Shown here piece after piece: positions 10,471 through 20,902 of a stretch of DNA of 64,000 nt; position 1 is the stretch's first letter; every line of letters starts with the position of its first letter. The notes under the pieces are model-generated. The model worked only from the letters and a program-made list of their open reading frames with translations, did not search any database and had not been told where the DNA came from. This DNA is from an uncultured Clostridia bacterium. Lineage in GTDB: Bacteria; Bacillota; Clostridia; TANB77; CAG-508. Position numbers and translations under genes: made by a program. The stretch is taken from NCBI GenBank assembly GCA_949746675.1, contig CATKDT010000033.1:2032-66031 (forward strand), in the 5' to 3' direction.

Positions 10471-11658
10471 GTGAATATTGAACCAATAACGGTTGAAGAA
10501 TTAAATAGATACATAAAGCAAAAATTTGATGGAGATGAATATTTGAATAATGTATATGTAAAAGGTGAAATATCAAACTGTAAAATTCATTATACAGGAC
10601 ACATATATTTTACACTAAAAGATGAACATTCATTAATAAAGTGTATAATGTTCAAAAGCTATACTCCTCATCTTTCTTTTAAGCCACAAGATGGAATGAA
10701 AGTTATGGTATTGGGAACAGTATCAGTGTTTGAAAGAGATGGAGCATATCAAATATATTGCAAAGCAATGAAACAAGATGGTATGGGAAGTTTATTTGAA
10801 GCATATGAAAAGTTAAAAGCAAAACTTGAAGAAGAAGGGCTATTTTCAGAGGCTCACAAAAAAGAAATACCACAATTCCCAAAAACAATTGGAGTACTTA
10901 CAGCAGAAACAGGAGCAGTTATTAGAGATATAATAAATGTATCAACTAGAAGAAATCCAAATGTGCATATTCGTTTGCTTCCAGTACCAGTTCAAGGAAC
11001 AGGTGCAGCTGAAAAGATAGTAGATGGAATAGAAAGAATGAATAATGAAAAACTAGCTGATATTATTATACTAGGAAGAGGAGGAGGATCACTAGAGGAT
11101 TTATGGCCATTTAATGAAGAAATAGTTGCAAGAGCAATTTATAAATCAGAAATTCCAATAATTTCAGCAGTTGGACATGAAACAGACTATTCAATATCAG
11201 ATTTTGTGGCTGACTTAAGAGCACCAACACCATCAGCAGCCGCAGAACTTGCAGTACCTAATATAAGTGATGTAATATACACAATTAATTCATATGAAAA
11301 TAGCTATAAAATTGCATTAAAGAAAAAAGTCGAATTAATGAAATTACACTATGAAAAATGCATGAACTTACGAGTATTTAAAGAACCTATGCAACATATA
11401 AATGAAAAATCTCTACTACTTGACATAAGTGTAAAAAGTATTACAAATAACATACAAAAAAAATTGGAAAGTGATAAAAATAATTTTACCCAAGTTGTTT
11501 CCAAGATTGATACATTAAGTCCAATGAAAACACTAACCAGAGGATATAGTATCACTCAGAAAGATAGCAAGATTATAAAAAAAGCAACTGACTTGAAAAA
11601 AGGAGATAACATAAGTATTACATTTAGTGATGGAAATGTTAATGCAAATATTTTGTAG
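10471..11658 (+). CDS. xseA: Exodeoxyribonuclease VII large subunit
   Basis: GTG start 8 nt after AAGGAG. OB-fold N-terminus VYVKGEISNCKIHYTGHIYFTLKD, then RGGGSLEDLWPFNEE and GHETDYSISDFVADLRAPTPSAAAE. Confidence 0.9.
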   Translation: MNIEPITVEELNRYIKQKFDGDEYLNNVYVKGEISNCKIHYTGHIYFTLKDEHSLIKCIMFKSYTPHLSFKPQDGMKVMVLGTVSVFERDGAYQIYCKAMKQDGMGSLFEAYEKLKAKLEEEGLFSEAHKKEIPQFPKTIGVLTAETGAVIRDIINVSTRRNPNVHIRLLPVPVQGTGAAEKIVDGIERMNNEKLADIIILGRGGGSLEDLWPFNEEIVARAIYKSEIPIISAVGHETDYSISDFVADLRAPTPSAAAELAVPNISDVIYTINSYENSYKIALKKKVELMKLHYEKCMNLRVFKEPMQHINEKSLLLDISVKSITNNIQKKLESDKNNFTQVVSKIDTLSPMKTLTRGYSITQKDSKIIKKATDLKKGDNISITFSDGNVNANIL

Positions 11659-11727
11659 AGCACAACAATATGTATTATAAATAAAAGTTAAACTAAGAAA
11701 ATCATATTAGAAATGGAATGAGAGAAA

Positions 11728-11940
11728 ATGGAAAAGAAAATAAATTTTGAAGATTCAATGAAAAAATTAGAAGATATAGCAAGAGAACTAGAAAGAGACG
11801 ATTTAACATTAGACGAATCTGTAAAGAAATTTGAAGAAGGAATGGCTTTATCAAAAGCTTGTAAAGAAATGTTGGATGAAGCTGAAAAAAAGATAACAAT
11901 ATTAATAGATAATCAAGAAAAAAAATTTGAAACAGAATAG
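11728..11940 (+). CDS. xseB: Exodeoxyribonuclease VII small subunit
   Basis: 70 aa containing FEDSMKKLEDIARELERDDLTLDESVKKFEEGMALSKAC. Confidence 0.85.
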   Translation: MEKKINFEDSMKKLEDIARELERDDLTLDESVKKFEEGMALSKACKEMLDEAEKKITILIDNQEKKFETE

Positions 11941-11997
11941 CTTAAAATTATAAAATAAATCTAAAGAATAATAAAAAGTAAAGTGGGAGAAGGGGAA

Positions 11998-12432
11998 ATG
12001 AATAACATAATAAACAATATAATACAATTTAAATATATATTAGTGCCACTAGCATTATGGTTTAGTATACAATTATTTAAAGTAATATATGAATATTGTG
12101 AAACAAAAAAGTGGAACTGGGATAGATTAATGGGAGCTGGAGGAATGCCAAGTTCTCATTCAGCAATAGTTGTATGTTTAGCAATAATGATAGGAAAAAA
12201 TGAAGGATTTCAATCGCCAATATTTGCTTTAAGTGGAATTTTTGCATTAATTACAATGTACGATGCGGCGGGAGTTAGAAGAGCTGTTGGAAAACAAGCA
12301 ATGATTTTAAATGACATAATAAGAAATCAAAAATTAACAAGTGCTGAAAAATTACAAGAGATGACAGGACATACACCAGTACAAGTAATAGCAGGAGCAA
12401 TTTTAGGAGTAATAACAGGAGTAATATTCTAA
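11998..12432 (+). CDS. Divergent PAP2-family membrane protein (YuiD-like)
   Basis: GGMPSSHSA and MYDAAGVRR motifs plus several TM helices. The ATG at 11998 follows GGAGAAGGGG. Confidence 0.75.
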   Translation: MNNIINNIIQFKYILVPLALWFSIQLFKVIYEYCETKKWNWDRLMGAGGMPSSHSAIVVCLAIMIGKNEGFQSPIFALSGIFALITMYDAAGVRRAVGKQAMILNDIIRNQKLTSAEKLQEMTGHTPVQVIAGAILGVITGVIF

Positions 12433-12461
12433 TTAAAATAAGTGTGGAAGGAAGTGCCATT

Positions 12462-14114
12462 ATGAAAGATATTGAAATAGCAAGAAATGCAAAATTAAAA
12501 AATATAAATGAAATAACAAATAGATTGAATATTAAAGAAGAATACGTAGAACAATATGGAAAATACAAAGCAAAGATTTCATTAGACTATTATGAGCAAA
12601 TAAAAAATAAAAGTAATGGTAAACTAATTCTAGTAACTGCAATAAATCCAACACCATTAGGCGAAGGAAAAACTACAACATCAATAGGATTATGTGATGG
12701 ACTAAACAAGATTGGAAAAAAAGCAATATTAGCATTAAGAGAACCTTCTTTAGGTCCTGTGTTTGGAATAAAAGGAGGAGCAACTGGCGGAGGATATTCA
12801 CAAGTAGCTCCAATGGAAGAAATAAACTTACACTTTACAGGAGATATACATGCAATAACGTCAGCAAATAATTTATTGAGTGCAATGATTGACAATCATA
12901 TATTTCATGGAAATGAACTTGGAATTGAAAGAGTCGTTTGGAATAGATGTCTAGACTTAAATGATAGAAAATTAAGAAAAGTTGAAATAGGACTTTCAAA
13001 TGAAAAAAACATGACTTCAAGAGAAGACCATTTCGATATAACAGTTGCATCAGAAATAATGGCAATTTTATGTCTAGCAACAGATATTAAAGACTTAAAA
13101 AGAAGATTAGGAAATATCATAATTGGGTATGATAAACATGATAAAAAAATAACTGCAAAAGACTTAAAAGTAGAAGGGGCATTAACTGTTTTATTAAAAG
13201 ATGCTATAAATCCTAATATTGTACAAACTATTGAAAATAATCCAGCAATAATACACGGTGGACCATTTGCAAACATAGCACATGGATGCAATAGTATAAT
13301 AGCAACAAAAATGGCTCTAAAATTAGGAGATTATGTTGTTACTGAAGCAGGGTTTGGGGCAGACTTAGGTGCTGAAAAATTTTTAAATATAAAATGTAGA
13401 AAATTAGAAACTTCTCCAGACGCAGTAGTAATAGTTGCAACATTAAGAGCCCTAAAATATCATGGGGGTGCTACAAAAGAAGAAGCATCAGAGGAAAATT
13501 TTGATGCACTTGGAATTGGAATTGAAAACTTAATGAAGCATATAGAAAATATCCAGTCATTTGGATTAAATCCAATAGTTGCAATAAATAAATTTAACAC
13601 TGACACACCAAAAGAAATACAATTATTAAAAGAAAAATTAGAAGGAAAAATAGAATATAGTTTACTTGAAAATTGGGCAAAAGGAGGAGAAGGTGGGGCA
13701 GACTTAGCAAATAAAATATGCGAAATTTGTGAAAAAGAACATACTTTTAAAAATACATATGAATTATCTGATACAACAAAAGACAAAATAGAAAAAGTTG
13801 CAAAGAAAATTTATGGAGCAAGCAATGTTGAATATTCAGAAGAAGCAGAAAAACAAATAGCTAATATTGAAAAAAACAAAGTACAAGTTCCAGTATGTAT
13901 AGCAAAAACTCAGTACTCATTTTCCGATGATGATAAAAATTTATTATGTGATAAACCATTTACAATTCATATAACCTCAGCTGAATATAAAGCAGGTGCT
14001 GAATTTATAGTTATAAAAACAGGAAAAGTTATGACAATGCCAGGACTTCCTAAAGTGCCATCAGCAGAAAGTATTGATTTAGATGAAAATGGAAATATTG
14101 TTGGTATTTTCTAA
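12462..14114 (+). CDS. fhs: Formate--tetrahydrofolate ligase
   Basis: PTPLGEGKTTTSIGL P-loop, then HGGPFANIAHGCNS and CIAKTQYSFSDD. The ATG at 12462 follows GGAAGGAAG, whereas the ORF track opens at an upstream GTG. Confidence 0.95.
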   Translation: MKDIEIARNAKLKNINEITNRLNIKEEYVEQYGKYKAKISLDYYEQIKNKSNGKLILVTAINPTPLGEGKTTTSIGLCDGLNKIGKKAILALREPSLGPVFGIKGGATGGGYSQVAPMEEINLHFTGDIHAITSANNLLSAMIDNHIFHGNELGIERVVWNRCLDLNDRKLRKVEIGLSNEKNMTSREDHFDITVASEIMAILCLATDIKDLKRRLGNIIIGYDKHDKKITAKDLKVEGALTVLLKDAINPNIVQTIENNPAIIHGGPFANIAHGCNSIIATKMALKLGDYVVTEAGFGADLGAEKFLNIKCRKLETSPDAVVIVATLRALKYHGGATKEEASEENFDALGIGIENLMKHIENIQSFGLNPIVAINKFNTDTPKEIQLLKEKLEGKIEYSLLENWAKGGEGGADLANKICEICEKEHTFKNTYELSDTTKDKIEKVAKKIYGASNVEYSEEAEKQIANIEKNKVQVPVCIAKTQYSFSDDDKNLLCDKPFTIHITSAEYKAGAEFIVIKTGKVMTMPGLPKVPSAESIDLDENGNIVGIF

Positions 14115-14128
14115 AAATGAATAAAACT

Positions 14129-14166
14129 AACTCTTTTGGGAAAAATAATCTCAAAAGAGTTTTTTA
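14129..14166 (+). terminator. Rho-independent terminator after fhs
   Basis: AACTCTTTTG / CAAAAGAGTT 10-bp stem followed by a T-run. Confidence 0.6.
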
Positions 14167-14256
14167 CTTACTAAAAGATAAATTTCTAAACGCAATTTTT
14201 TGATAAAATCATGCATAGCAATGAACAAGCGAAGTGAGTGAAGGGAGAGAATATAA

Positions 14257-14937
14257 ATGAAAAATAAAATAAAAGTGGGAAGTCTTTTAATACTAATAGT
14301 AATGTTATTTGTAAGTTATACAGTTATTACTAGAAATCAAGTGGCAGAAGCAGTTTCAAGATATGGTTCAAGAGGAGATGAAGTAAGACAGATACAAACT
14401 AAATTAAAAAATTGGGGATATTATAATGGTTCAGTAGATGGAGTATATGGAAGCAAAACATTAGAAGCTGTTAAAAAATTTCAAAGAAAAAATGGATTAA
14501 CTGCTGATGGAATTGCGGGAACAAAAACATTACAAGCATTAGGAATGTCAAGCTCAGGTAGCAGTTCTTCATCAAATTCAGTAGATACAGCTTCTCTAAA
14601 TCTAATCAGTAAATTTGTATATGCAGAAGCTAGAGGAGAACCATATACAGGTCAAGTTGCAGTTGCAGCAGTAATTTTAAATAGAGTAAAAGATAGCAGA
14701 TTTCCTAATACAGTATCAGGAGTTGTATATCAAAAAAATGCTTTTACATGTGTTTCAGATGGACAAATAAATTTGACACCAAATGCTACTGCTAAAAAAG
14801 CTGCAAAAGATGCACAAAATGGTTGGGACCCAACATATGGAGCAGTATATTATTTTAATCCTAATACTGCAACAAACAAATGGATATGGTCAAGACCAAT
14901 GACTATAACGATTGGAAAACATAGATTCTGTAAATAA
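14257..14937 (+). CDS. SleB-like spore cortex-lytic enzyme (PG-binding domain + cell-wall hydrolase domain)
   Basis: Signal/TM segment. PG_binding_1-like block GDEVRQIQTKLKNWGYYNGSVDGVYGSKTLEAVKKFQRKNGLTADGIAG. Hydrolase_2-like block YAEARGEPYTGQVAVAAVILNRVKDSRFPNTVSGVVYQ. Confidence 0.8.
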   Translation: MKNKIKVGSLLILIVMLFVSYTVITRNQVAEAVSRYGSRGDEVRQIQTKLKNWGYYNGSVDGVYGSKTLEAVKKFQRKNGLTADGIAGTKTLQALGMSSSGSSSSSNSVDTASLNLISKFVYAEARGEPYTGQVAVAAVILNRVKDSRFPNTVSGVVYQKNAFTCVSDGQINLTPNATAKKAAKDAQNGWDPTYGAVYYFNPNTATNKWIWSRPMTITIGKHRFCK

Positions 14938-15101
14938 AATTTAAATAAACAATCTAATAAAAAATATATGAGTGAAATGTCTTTGTTTAGTATACCATAA
15001 TAAATTATGTTATATTAAATGAAGACATTTAATATTTGACTTTTTAAAATTGCTCTATTATAATAAAAACGAAAAATAAAATTAACACTAAAGGGGATAA
15101 T

Positions 15102-16238
15102 ATGAATGTTTTAAAAAGCAAAACAACATTTTTAAATAAGGATATGTCTCTTGTGAAAAAAAATGGTAGAAACTCAAACGTCGAACTATTGAGAATAATA
15201 GCAATGATAGTAATTATTATACATCATTATATGTATCATGGACTTTTGAAAACAGAATTTTATAATATTAATTATTATATAGCAAATATATTATCAATTG
15301 GTGGAGCATTAGGAGTGGATATATTTTTTATAATATCAGGATATTATATATATAAGTCAAAAATTACAGCAAGAAAAATATTGAGGATAGAAGGTCAAGT
15401 ATTATTTTATTCCATATCAATATTTATTATATTAAGTATGATATTTAAAACACAAATTAATATACAAAATTGCATATACTATTTTGGACCAATATCTAAA
15501 AATCTTTATTGGTTTGCTACAGCTTATATGTTAATAATGATATTTTCAAAATACATAAATAAATTAGCAGATAGCTTGGAAAAAATGGAATTTAAAATAT
15601 TAATATTTACTTTGCTAATAATATACTTTACATTGCCAACATACTTAAACATAAGAGTGCCAGCAGTATTTATTGAAAGATCAGTTACTTTATATTTAAT
15701 TGGTGCATATATACGAAAATACAATATTAGTAATAAAGAAAATAAAGCAAAATATAAGAAAAAATTATTATTATATTTTACTTTAAATACAGTAATAATA
15801 ATTGCTACTATATATATACATCATATAAGTAAACATTATGTTTTAGGAAATGAAACATTTTCTGTACAACAAGAAAATCCAATTATAGTTTTAATAGCAA
15901 TATATATGTTTTTATTAGCTATTTCAGCTAAAGAAATTAAGAGTAAAGTTATAAATACAATATCAAGTACAACTTTTGGAGTGTATTTGATACATGATAA
16001 TCCAATAATAAGATTATTTTTATGGGAAATTATTGTAGGATGTACACAATATAGTGACAAGCCATATATGATAGTTAGTTGTATTGGAACAACATTATTA
16101 ATTTTTGTAGCATGTTCTATAATTGACCTTATACGAATTTGTACAATAGAAAAAATATATATGAAAGTTGTTGATAAAGTTATTGAAAAAATTAAAAAAT
16201 TGAAGCAGAAGAAATTATTAAGAATAGAGTTAAGATAA
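15102..16238 (+). CDS. Acyltransferase family 3 membrane protein (probable polysaccharide or peptidoglycan O-acyltransferase)
   Basis: RNSNVELLRIIAMIVIIIHH start and about 10 predicted TM helices. A TTGACT-17-TATAAT promoter lies upstream at about 15036-15064. Confidence 0.75.
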   Translation: MNVLKSKTTFLNKDMSLVKKNGRNSNVELLRIIAMIVIIIHHYMYHGLLKTEFYNINYYIANILSIGGALGVDIFFIISGYYIYKSKITARKILRIEGQVLFYSISIFIILSMIFKTQINIQNCIYYFGPISKNLYWFATAYMLIMIFSKYINKLADSLEKMEFKILIFTLLIIYFTLPTYLNIRVPAVFIERSVTLYLIGAYIRKYNISNKENKAKYKKKLLLYFTLNTVIIIATIYIHHISKHYVLGNETFSVQQENPIIVLIAIYMFLLAISAKEIKSKVINTISSTTFGVYLIHDNPIIRLFLWEIIVGCTQYSDKPYMIVSCIGTTLLIFVACSIIDLIRICTIEKIYMKVVDKVIEKIKKLKQKKLLRIELR

Positions 16239-16251
16239 TAAATAAAAGAAG

Positions 16252-16282
16252 AAAAACTGTTGAATATTAATCAACAGTTTTT
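16252..16282. terminator. Bidirectional terminator between convergent genes
   Basis: AAAACTGTTGA-atattaa-TCAACAGTTTT, an 11-bp perfect stem flanked by A and T runs. Confidence 0.6.
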
Positions 16283-16310
16283 ATATTACAATTATATAAC
16301 ATTTTTAATA

Positions 16311-17210
16311 TTATTCCAATTCAGGCAACACTGGACACACCATTTTATACTGCTTTAAATCATCAGCCAATATATATAAATGAGCACGCCTAATATAATT
16401 AAAATAACTTGCAATTTTATCATCATTATCTTGTAGCGTTTGCTTAAATAAAAGGTAAATATTATCTTCATCTTCTATTGGAATATTATAAGTAAATGAA
16501 TTATAAAACTCATCTTGAATTGTTTTTACAATATTACATTTACAGTAAATGGCAAGATTAGGATATGATTTCATAATTCTCAAATCTTTATTTATAATTG
16601 AATTAAATGAAAAACTTTCGGTAGAATTCATATTATACAAATTATCATTTAGAAAAGCAATTTTTGAGCAATCTTCAAAAATTTTATATATAACATTAGC
16701 ACTTTGTTCAACAAACAATTTATTTTCAAAAAGTTTTCTACTAAATAATTTTCCATAAGGATTATTTTCAATTAAATCACCAATCAAAAGTTGACGTAAA
16801 GCATCTTCTGTTGAAAAAGCAATAACTTTATTGGAAGGATTTAAAACCTTTTTAGTATTACATACTGCAATATCTGTACCATAATTGTCAACCATATTCT
16901 TCAAGACTTCAATCATATTTTTAGCAATAGTATCACTAGCATTAACAAAAGTGACATATTCTCCTTTACAAACTTCAAGCCCCTTGTTTCTAGCAGAAGT
17001 AATTCCAGAATGTAAACTTTGAATAACAGTAAGTCTTGAATTTGATACCAAAAGTTCATTGCAAATAGTAGTAGAAGAATCAGTTGAACCATCATCAACA
17101 ATAATTATTTCTATATTTCTATAAGATTGAGAAATTAATGACATAATACAGTCCTTTAAGGTTGATTCATTATTACAAACAGTTACAATAATACTAATTA
17201 AATTATCCAT
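16311..17210 (-). CDS. Family 2 glycosyltransferase
   Basis: ISIIVTVCNNESTLKDCIMSLISQSYRNIEIIIVDDGSTDSS and YVTFVNASD (DXD-like). The start was chosen at the third in-frame ATG, 9 nt after AAAGGA; the ORF track opens at 17231. Confidence 0.85.
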   Translation of the reverse strand: MDNLISIIVTVCNNESTLKDCIMSLISQSYRNIEIIIVDDGSTDSSTTICNELLVSNSRLTVIQSLHSGITSARNKGLEVCKGEYVTFVNASDTIAKNMIEVLKNMVDNYGTDIAVCNTKKVLNPSNKVIAFSTEDALRQLLIGDLIENNPYGKLFSRKLFENKLFVEQSANVIYKIFEDCSKIAFLNDNLYNMNSTESFSFNSIINKDLRIMKSYPNLAIYCKCNIVKTIQDEFYNSFTYNIPIEDEDNIYLLFKQTLQDNDDKIASYFNYIRRAHLYILADDLKQYKMVCPVLPELE

Positions 17211-17348
17211 AAACATAAATCCTTTCAACATTTATTATACACATTATAATATTAAATTACATTTTTAGCAATATTTATAAAGATTATACTTGACAAACGC
17301 AAAATATGACTGTATAATATATCCAAAATTTACCATAAAGGAGCAAAC

Positions 17349-17816
17349 ATGAAGAAAATCAAAATACTGATATTACTTATAGTAATATATATATCAATTC
17401 TAGGAATTACTAATAGAAATAATATAAAAGAAAAAGGTACTATGACTATAGAAGAAACTATAATTGCAAAAGATGTTAATATAAAAATAGAAAATAAACA
17501 AGAGCAAAATGAAATGAATTTAGAAGATAAGAGCATAACAGAAGAGCAAAGTAAAAGTTATTTACAAGGAAAAATAGAAAATAAAAAAGTATTAAAGAAA
17601 AAGAGTATAAATTATAGTGACATAGATAAAAAACAAGATATAGATAAACAAGAACAACAGTATAATAAAAAAGAAAGTCAAAATAATGAAAGTAACTTTG
17701 TAGAAGGAATAAAAATAGAGCAAGGTACTATTAAGGAGATATATGAAATGGAAGAACGTAATACAAGCCCCCAATTATTAAAAGATAATAATGCAAGAAT
17801 AAAATTTGATAATTAA
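17349..17816 (+). CDS. Hypothetical N-terminally anchored, Lys/Glu/Gln-rich protein
   Basis: RBS AAAGGAG and a signal/TM segment KILILLIVIYISILGI. A TTGACA-17-TATAAT promoter lies at about 17291-17319. I recognised no domain. Confidence 0.4.
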   Translation: MKKIKILILLIVIYISILGITNRNNIKEKGTMTIEETIIAKDVNIKIENKQEQNEMNLEDKSITEEQSKSYLQGKIENKKVLKKKSINYSDIDKKQDIDKQEQQYNKKESQNNESNFVEGIKIEQGTIKEIYEMEERNTSPQLLKDNNARIKFDN

Positions 17817-17835
17817 TAAATTAGAAGGGAAGATA

Positions 17836-18138
17836 ATGAAGGAAAGAGAAAACAAAAATACTCCATCACTTATAGATGAAATAATAGAAAGTTTAGATAA
17901 AAACGGAAACAAAAAACTAAAAGTAACGAAGATAAAAAAGAATGAGACAATTAAAAATAAAGCGCAAAGTATTAAGAATGAAATAAATAGAATTTGTATA
18001 GAAAATCAAAAAAATAATGAATATGTTGAGAAAATAAGTTTATATAAAGTAAAAAAGGAAGAAATAAAAGAAGAATATGATATAATAATGGACTGCGATA
18101 AAAATTCAAACTATATAATATATCAAAAAAGAAAATAA
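17836..18138 (+). CDS. Hypothetical small Lys-rich protein
   Basis: The ATG follows GAAGGGAAG. The ORF is open, with no recognisable motif. Confidence 0.35.
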   Translation: MKERENKNTPSLIDEIIESLDKNGNKKLKVTKIKKNETIKNKAQSIKNEINRICIENQKNNEYVEKISLYKVKKEEIKEEYDIIMDCDKNSNYIIYQKRK

Positions 18139-18235
18139 TATATATAAAATCAGCTGCAAAAGGTTGACAAATTGGCTGTTTTGGTATAAAACATAATAAA
18201 AGAATAGAATACAAATAGAGAAGGGAAATTAAACT

Positions 18236-19546
18236 ATGGAGAAAAAAATACAGCCAAAAACATTACCAGGATTTATGGAATTATTACCAAATGAGCAAAT
18301 TTTATTTAATAAGATGAAAGAGACAATAAAAAAATCATATGAAAAATATGGATTTTTGCCACTAAACACACCAATTATAGAAGATGCAAGTGTGCTACTT
18401 GCAAAAGCAGGTGGAGAAACAGAAAAGCAAATATACAGGTTTAATAAGGGAGAAAATGACTTAGCATTAAGATTTGACTTAACAGTACCTTTATCAAAGT
18501 ATGTAACAGAATATTATGACAAATTAAGTTTTCCATTCAAAAGGTATCAAATAGGAAAAGTATATCGTGGAGAAAAGCCACAAAGAGGAAGATACAGAGA
18601 GTTCTATCAATGTGATATAGATATTATTGGTGATGGAGAATTATCAATAATGAATGATGCTGAAATTCCAGCAGTAATCTATAATACATTTAAAGAGTTA
18701 GGATTTGACGATTTCACGATTTGCATAAATAACAGAAAGATATTAAATGGATTATTTGCAAGCCTAGGACTAGAAAATAAATCAACAGAAATATTAAGAA
18801 TAATAGATAAGATAGAAAAAATAGGAAAAGAAGAAACTAAAAAAGAATTATTAGAATACTGTGAAGAGAAGCAAGCTGATACAATAATGAAATTCATACT
18901 TATTGAAGGAAATAATGATAATAAAGTTCAAGAATTAGAGAAATTAGGTATTCAAAACCCAGTATTTGCTGAAGGATTAGAGGAATTAAAACAAGTTATA
19001 AAATTTATTAAAATATTTGGAGTATCAGATGATTATTATAAAATAGATTTAACAATAGCAAGAGGACTAGATTATTATACAGGGACAGTGTATGAAACAT
19101 TCCTAAATAAGTATAAAAAGATGGGAAGTGTATGTTCAGGTGGAAGATATGATAATTTAACAGAATACTATACTGAAAGAAAAATGCCAGGCGTTGGAAT
19201 ATCAATAGGATTAACTCGCCTATTCTTCCAGTTAATGGATAACAATATAATTTCAGCAGAAGGACAATCTATATCAGATGCACTTGTAATATCAATGACT
19301 GATAATTATGATATGTGTGTAGAAGTTGCAGCAAAACTTAGAGAAAATGGAATAAATGTACAAGTAAATTTGGAAAATCAAAAAATTGCAAAAAAATTCA
19401 AATATGCAAATAATTTAAATGTAAAATATGTTATTATAATTGGAGAAGATGAAATAAAAAATAATGTAGTAGCATTAAAAAATATGGAAACAGGAGAACA
19501 ACAGACTCTTAAATTAGAGGAAGCAATAAGCCTAATTAAAAGCTAA
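18236..19546 (+). CDS. hisS: Histidine--tRNA ligase
   Basis: Class II aaRS layout: KTLPGFMELLP, RFDLTVPLSKY, FKRYQIGKVYRGEKPQRGRYREFYQCD and GGRYDNL. The C-terminal anticodon-binding domain contains YVIIIGEDEIKNNVVALKNMETGEQ. Confidence 0.85.
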   Translation: MEKKIQPKTLPGFMELLPNEQILFNKMKETIKKSYEKYGFLPLNTPIIEDASVLLAKAGGETEKQIYRFNKGENDLALRFDLTVPLSKYVTEYYDKLSFPFKRYQIGKVYRGEKPQRGRYREFYQCDIDIIGDGELSIMNDAEIPAVIYNTFKELGFDDFTICINNRKILNGLFASLGLENKSTEILRIIDKIEKIGKEETKKELLEYCEEKQADTIMKFILIEGNNDNKVQELEKLGIQNPVFAEGLEELKQVIKFIKIFGVSDDYYKIDLTIARGLDYYTGTVYETFLNKYKKMGSVCSGGRYDNLTEYYTERKMPGVGISIGLTRLFFQLMDNNIISAEGQSISDALVISMTDNYDMCVEVAAKLRENGINVQVNLENQKIAKKFKYANNLNVKYVIIIGEDEIKNNVVALKNMETGEQQTLKLEEAISLIKS

Positions 19547-19592
19547 AGATATAAAAATACTAAAAGAGACTAGCTATAGAAGGGATAATAAA

Positions 19593-20817
19593 ATGAAAAA
19601 AATAGAACTATTAGCTCCAGCGGGTTCATTTGAAAAAGCAAGAGAAGCATTTTTATATGGTGCTGATGCAATATATTGTGGAACAGGAACATTATCACTA
19701 AGAAGTAGAGCAGAAGTTGACAATGACGATTTAGCAAAAACAATAGAATATGCACATAAAATTGGAAAAAAAGTATATACAGCAATAAATATATATGCAC
19801 CTGATAATATGTATGAAGAAATAAAAAAACAAGTGCAAATGTTAGACAAACTTTCAGTAGATGCAATAATAGCTTCAGATGGTGGAGTAATTGATATAAT
19901 TAAAGAAATTGCACCTAATATTCCAATACATGTAAGTACTCAAGCAAATACATTAAGTGCACATACTGCAAACTTTTGGAAAAAAAATGGAGCAGAAAGA
20001 GTAATACTTTCAAGAGAGATGAATAAGGAAGATATTAAATACTTAATTAAAAATACCAACATTGAAACAGAAATATTTATACATGGTGCAATTTGCTGGG
20101 CATATTCTGGAAGATGTTATTTAAGTGATTTTATGTCATCAAGAAATGCAAACCTTGGAGATTGTTCACAAAGTTGTAGATGGGCGTATAATACGTACAT
20201 AGAAGAAAAAAACAACCCACGGCAATATAATGCCTGTTGAAGAAGACAGTAATGGAACCTATGTTATGTCATCAAAAGACTTATGTCTAATAAAAGAAAT
20301 CCCAGAAATAATAGAAATGGGAGTGACTAGTCTAAAAATAGAAGGCAGACTTAAATCAGAGTATTATGTTGCAAGTGTAGTAAACGCCTACAGAAATGCA
20401 ATAGATGATTATATGAAAGACCCTGAAAAGTATGACTATACAAAATACTTAAAAGAACTACAAAAAGTAAAAACAAGAGAATTAACAACATTTTTCTTTA
20501 ATGATAAACAAAACAAAGACTTCCAAGAATATACTGGAAAACAGTATAATCCAGAATATGAATTTGGAGGAATAGTTAAAGAATATAACAAAGAAAAAAG
20601 TATAGTGAAGATAGGCAATAAACTTACAAAAGGCGATAAAATGGAACTAATTATTCCAAATCAGATAGAGCCAATAGAATTTATAATTGATAATTTGTGG
20701 GATGTCGAAACAGATGAAGAAATTGAAACGATAAATCCTGGAAAAGTTGACCAAGCAGTAAAAATGTATATACCAGTAGAATGTAAAGAAAATTGGATAA
20801 TTAGAAGAAAAAAATAA
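19593..20817 (+). pseudogene. Peptidase U32 family protein (PrtC/YrrO-like), split by a 1-nt insertion at 20217-20222
   Basis: The N-terminal half begins MKKIELLAPAGSFEKAREAFLYGADAIYCG. The C-terminal half contains GTYVMSSKDLCLIKEIPEIIEMGVTSLKIEGR. Deleting C20220 fuses them as ...EEKNNPGNIMPVEEDSNGTY.... Confidence 0.8.
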
Positions 20818-20902
20818 AATCTACAAGTCCTATTTTTAACGGTCAGGCACTTCAGGTTTTATATAAGCATATAATGTTTATGTAAGACATTGGAGGTGTA
20901 AT

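Noticed and set aside
17806-17836. The overlap of ORFs 17349-17816 and 17806-18138, considered as a possible fourth frameshifted gene.
   Set aside because: The downstream ORF has a good RBS (GAAGGGAAG) and an ATG at 17836. There is no homology continuity across the junction and no CCWCGG or homopolymer at the overlap. These are best treated as two small genes.
20818-20902. A sigmaE/sigmaK-type promoter upstream of sigK (CATATAAT near 20868), and a sigmaG-type promoter upstream of the sleB-like gene.
   Set aside because: The matches to the -10 consensus are only partial and there is no convincing -35 element at the right spacing. I could not support a call by eye.
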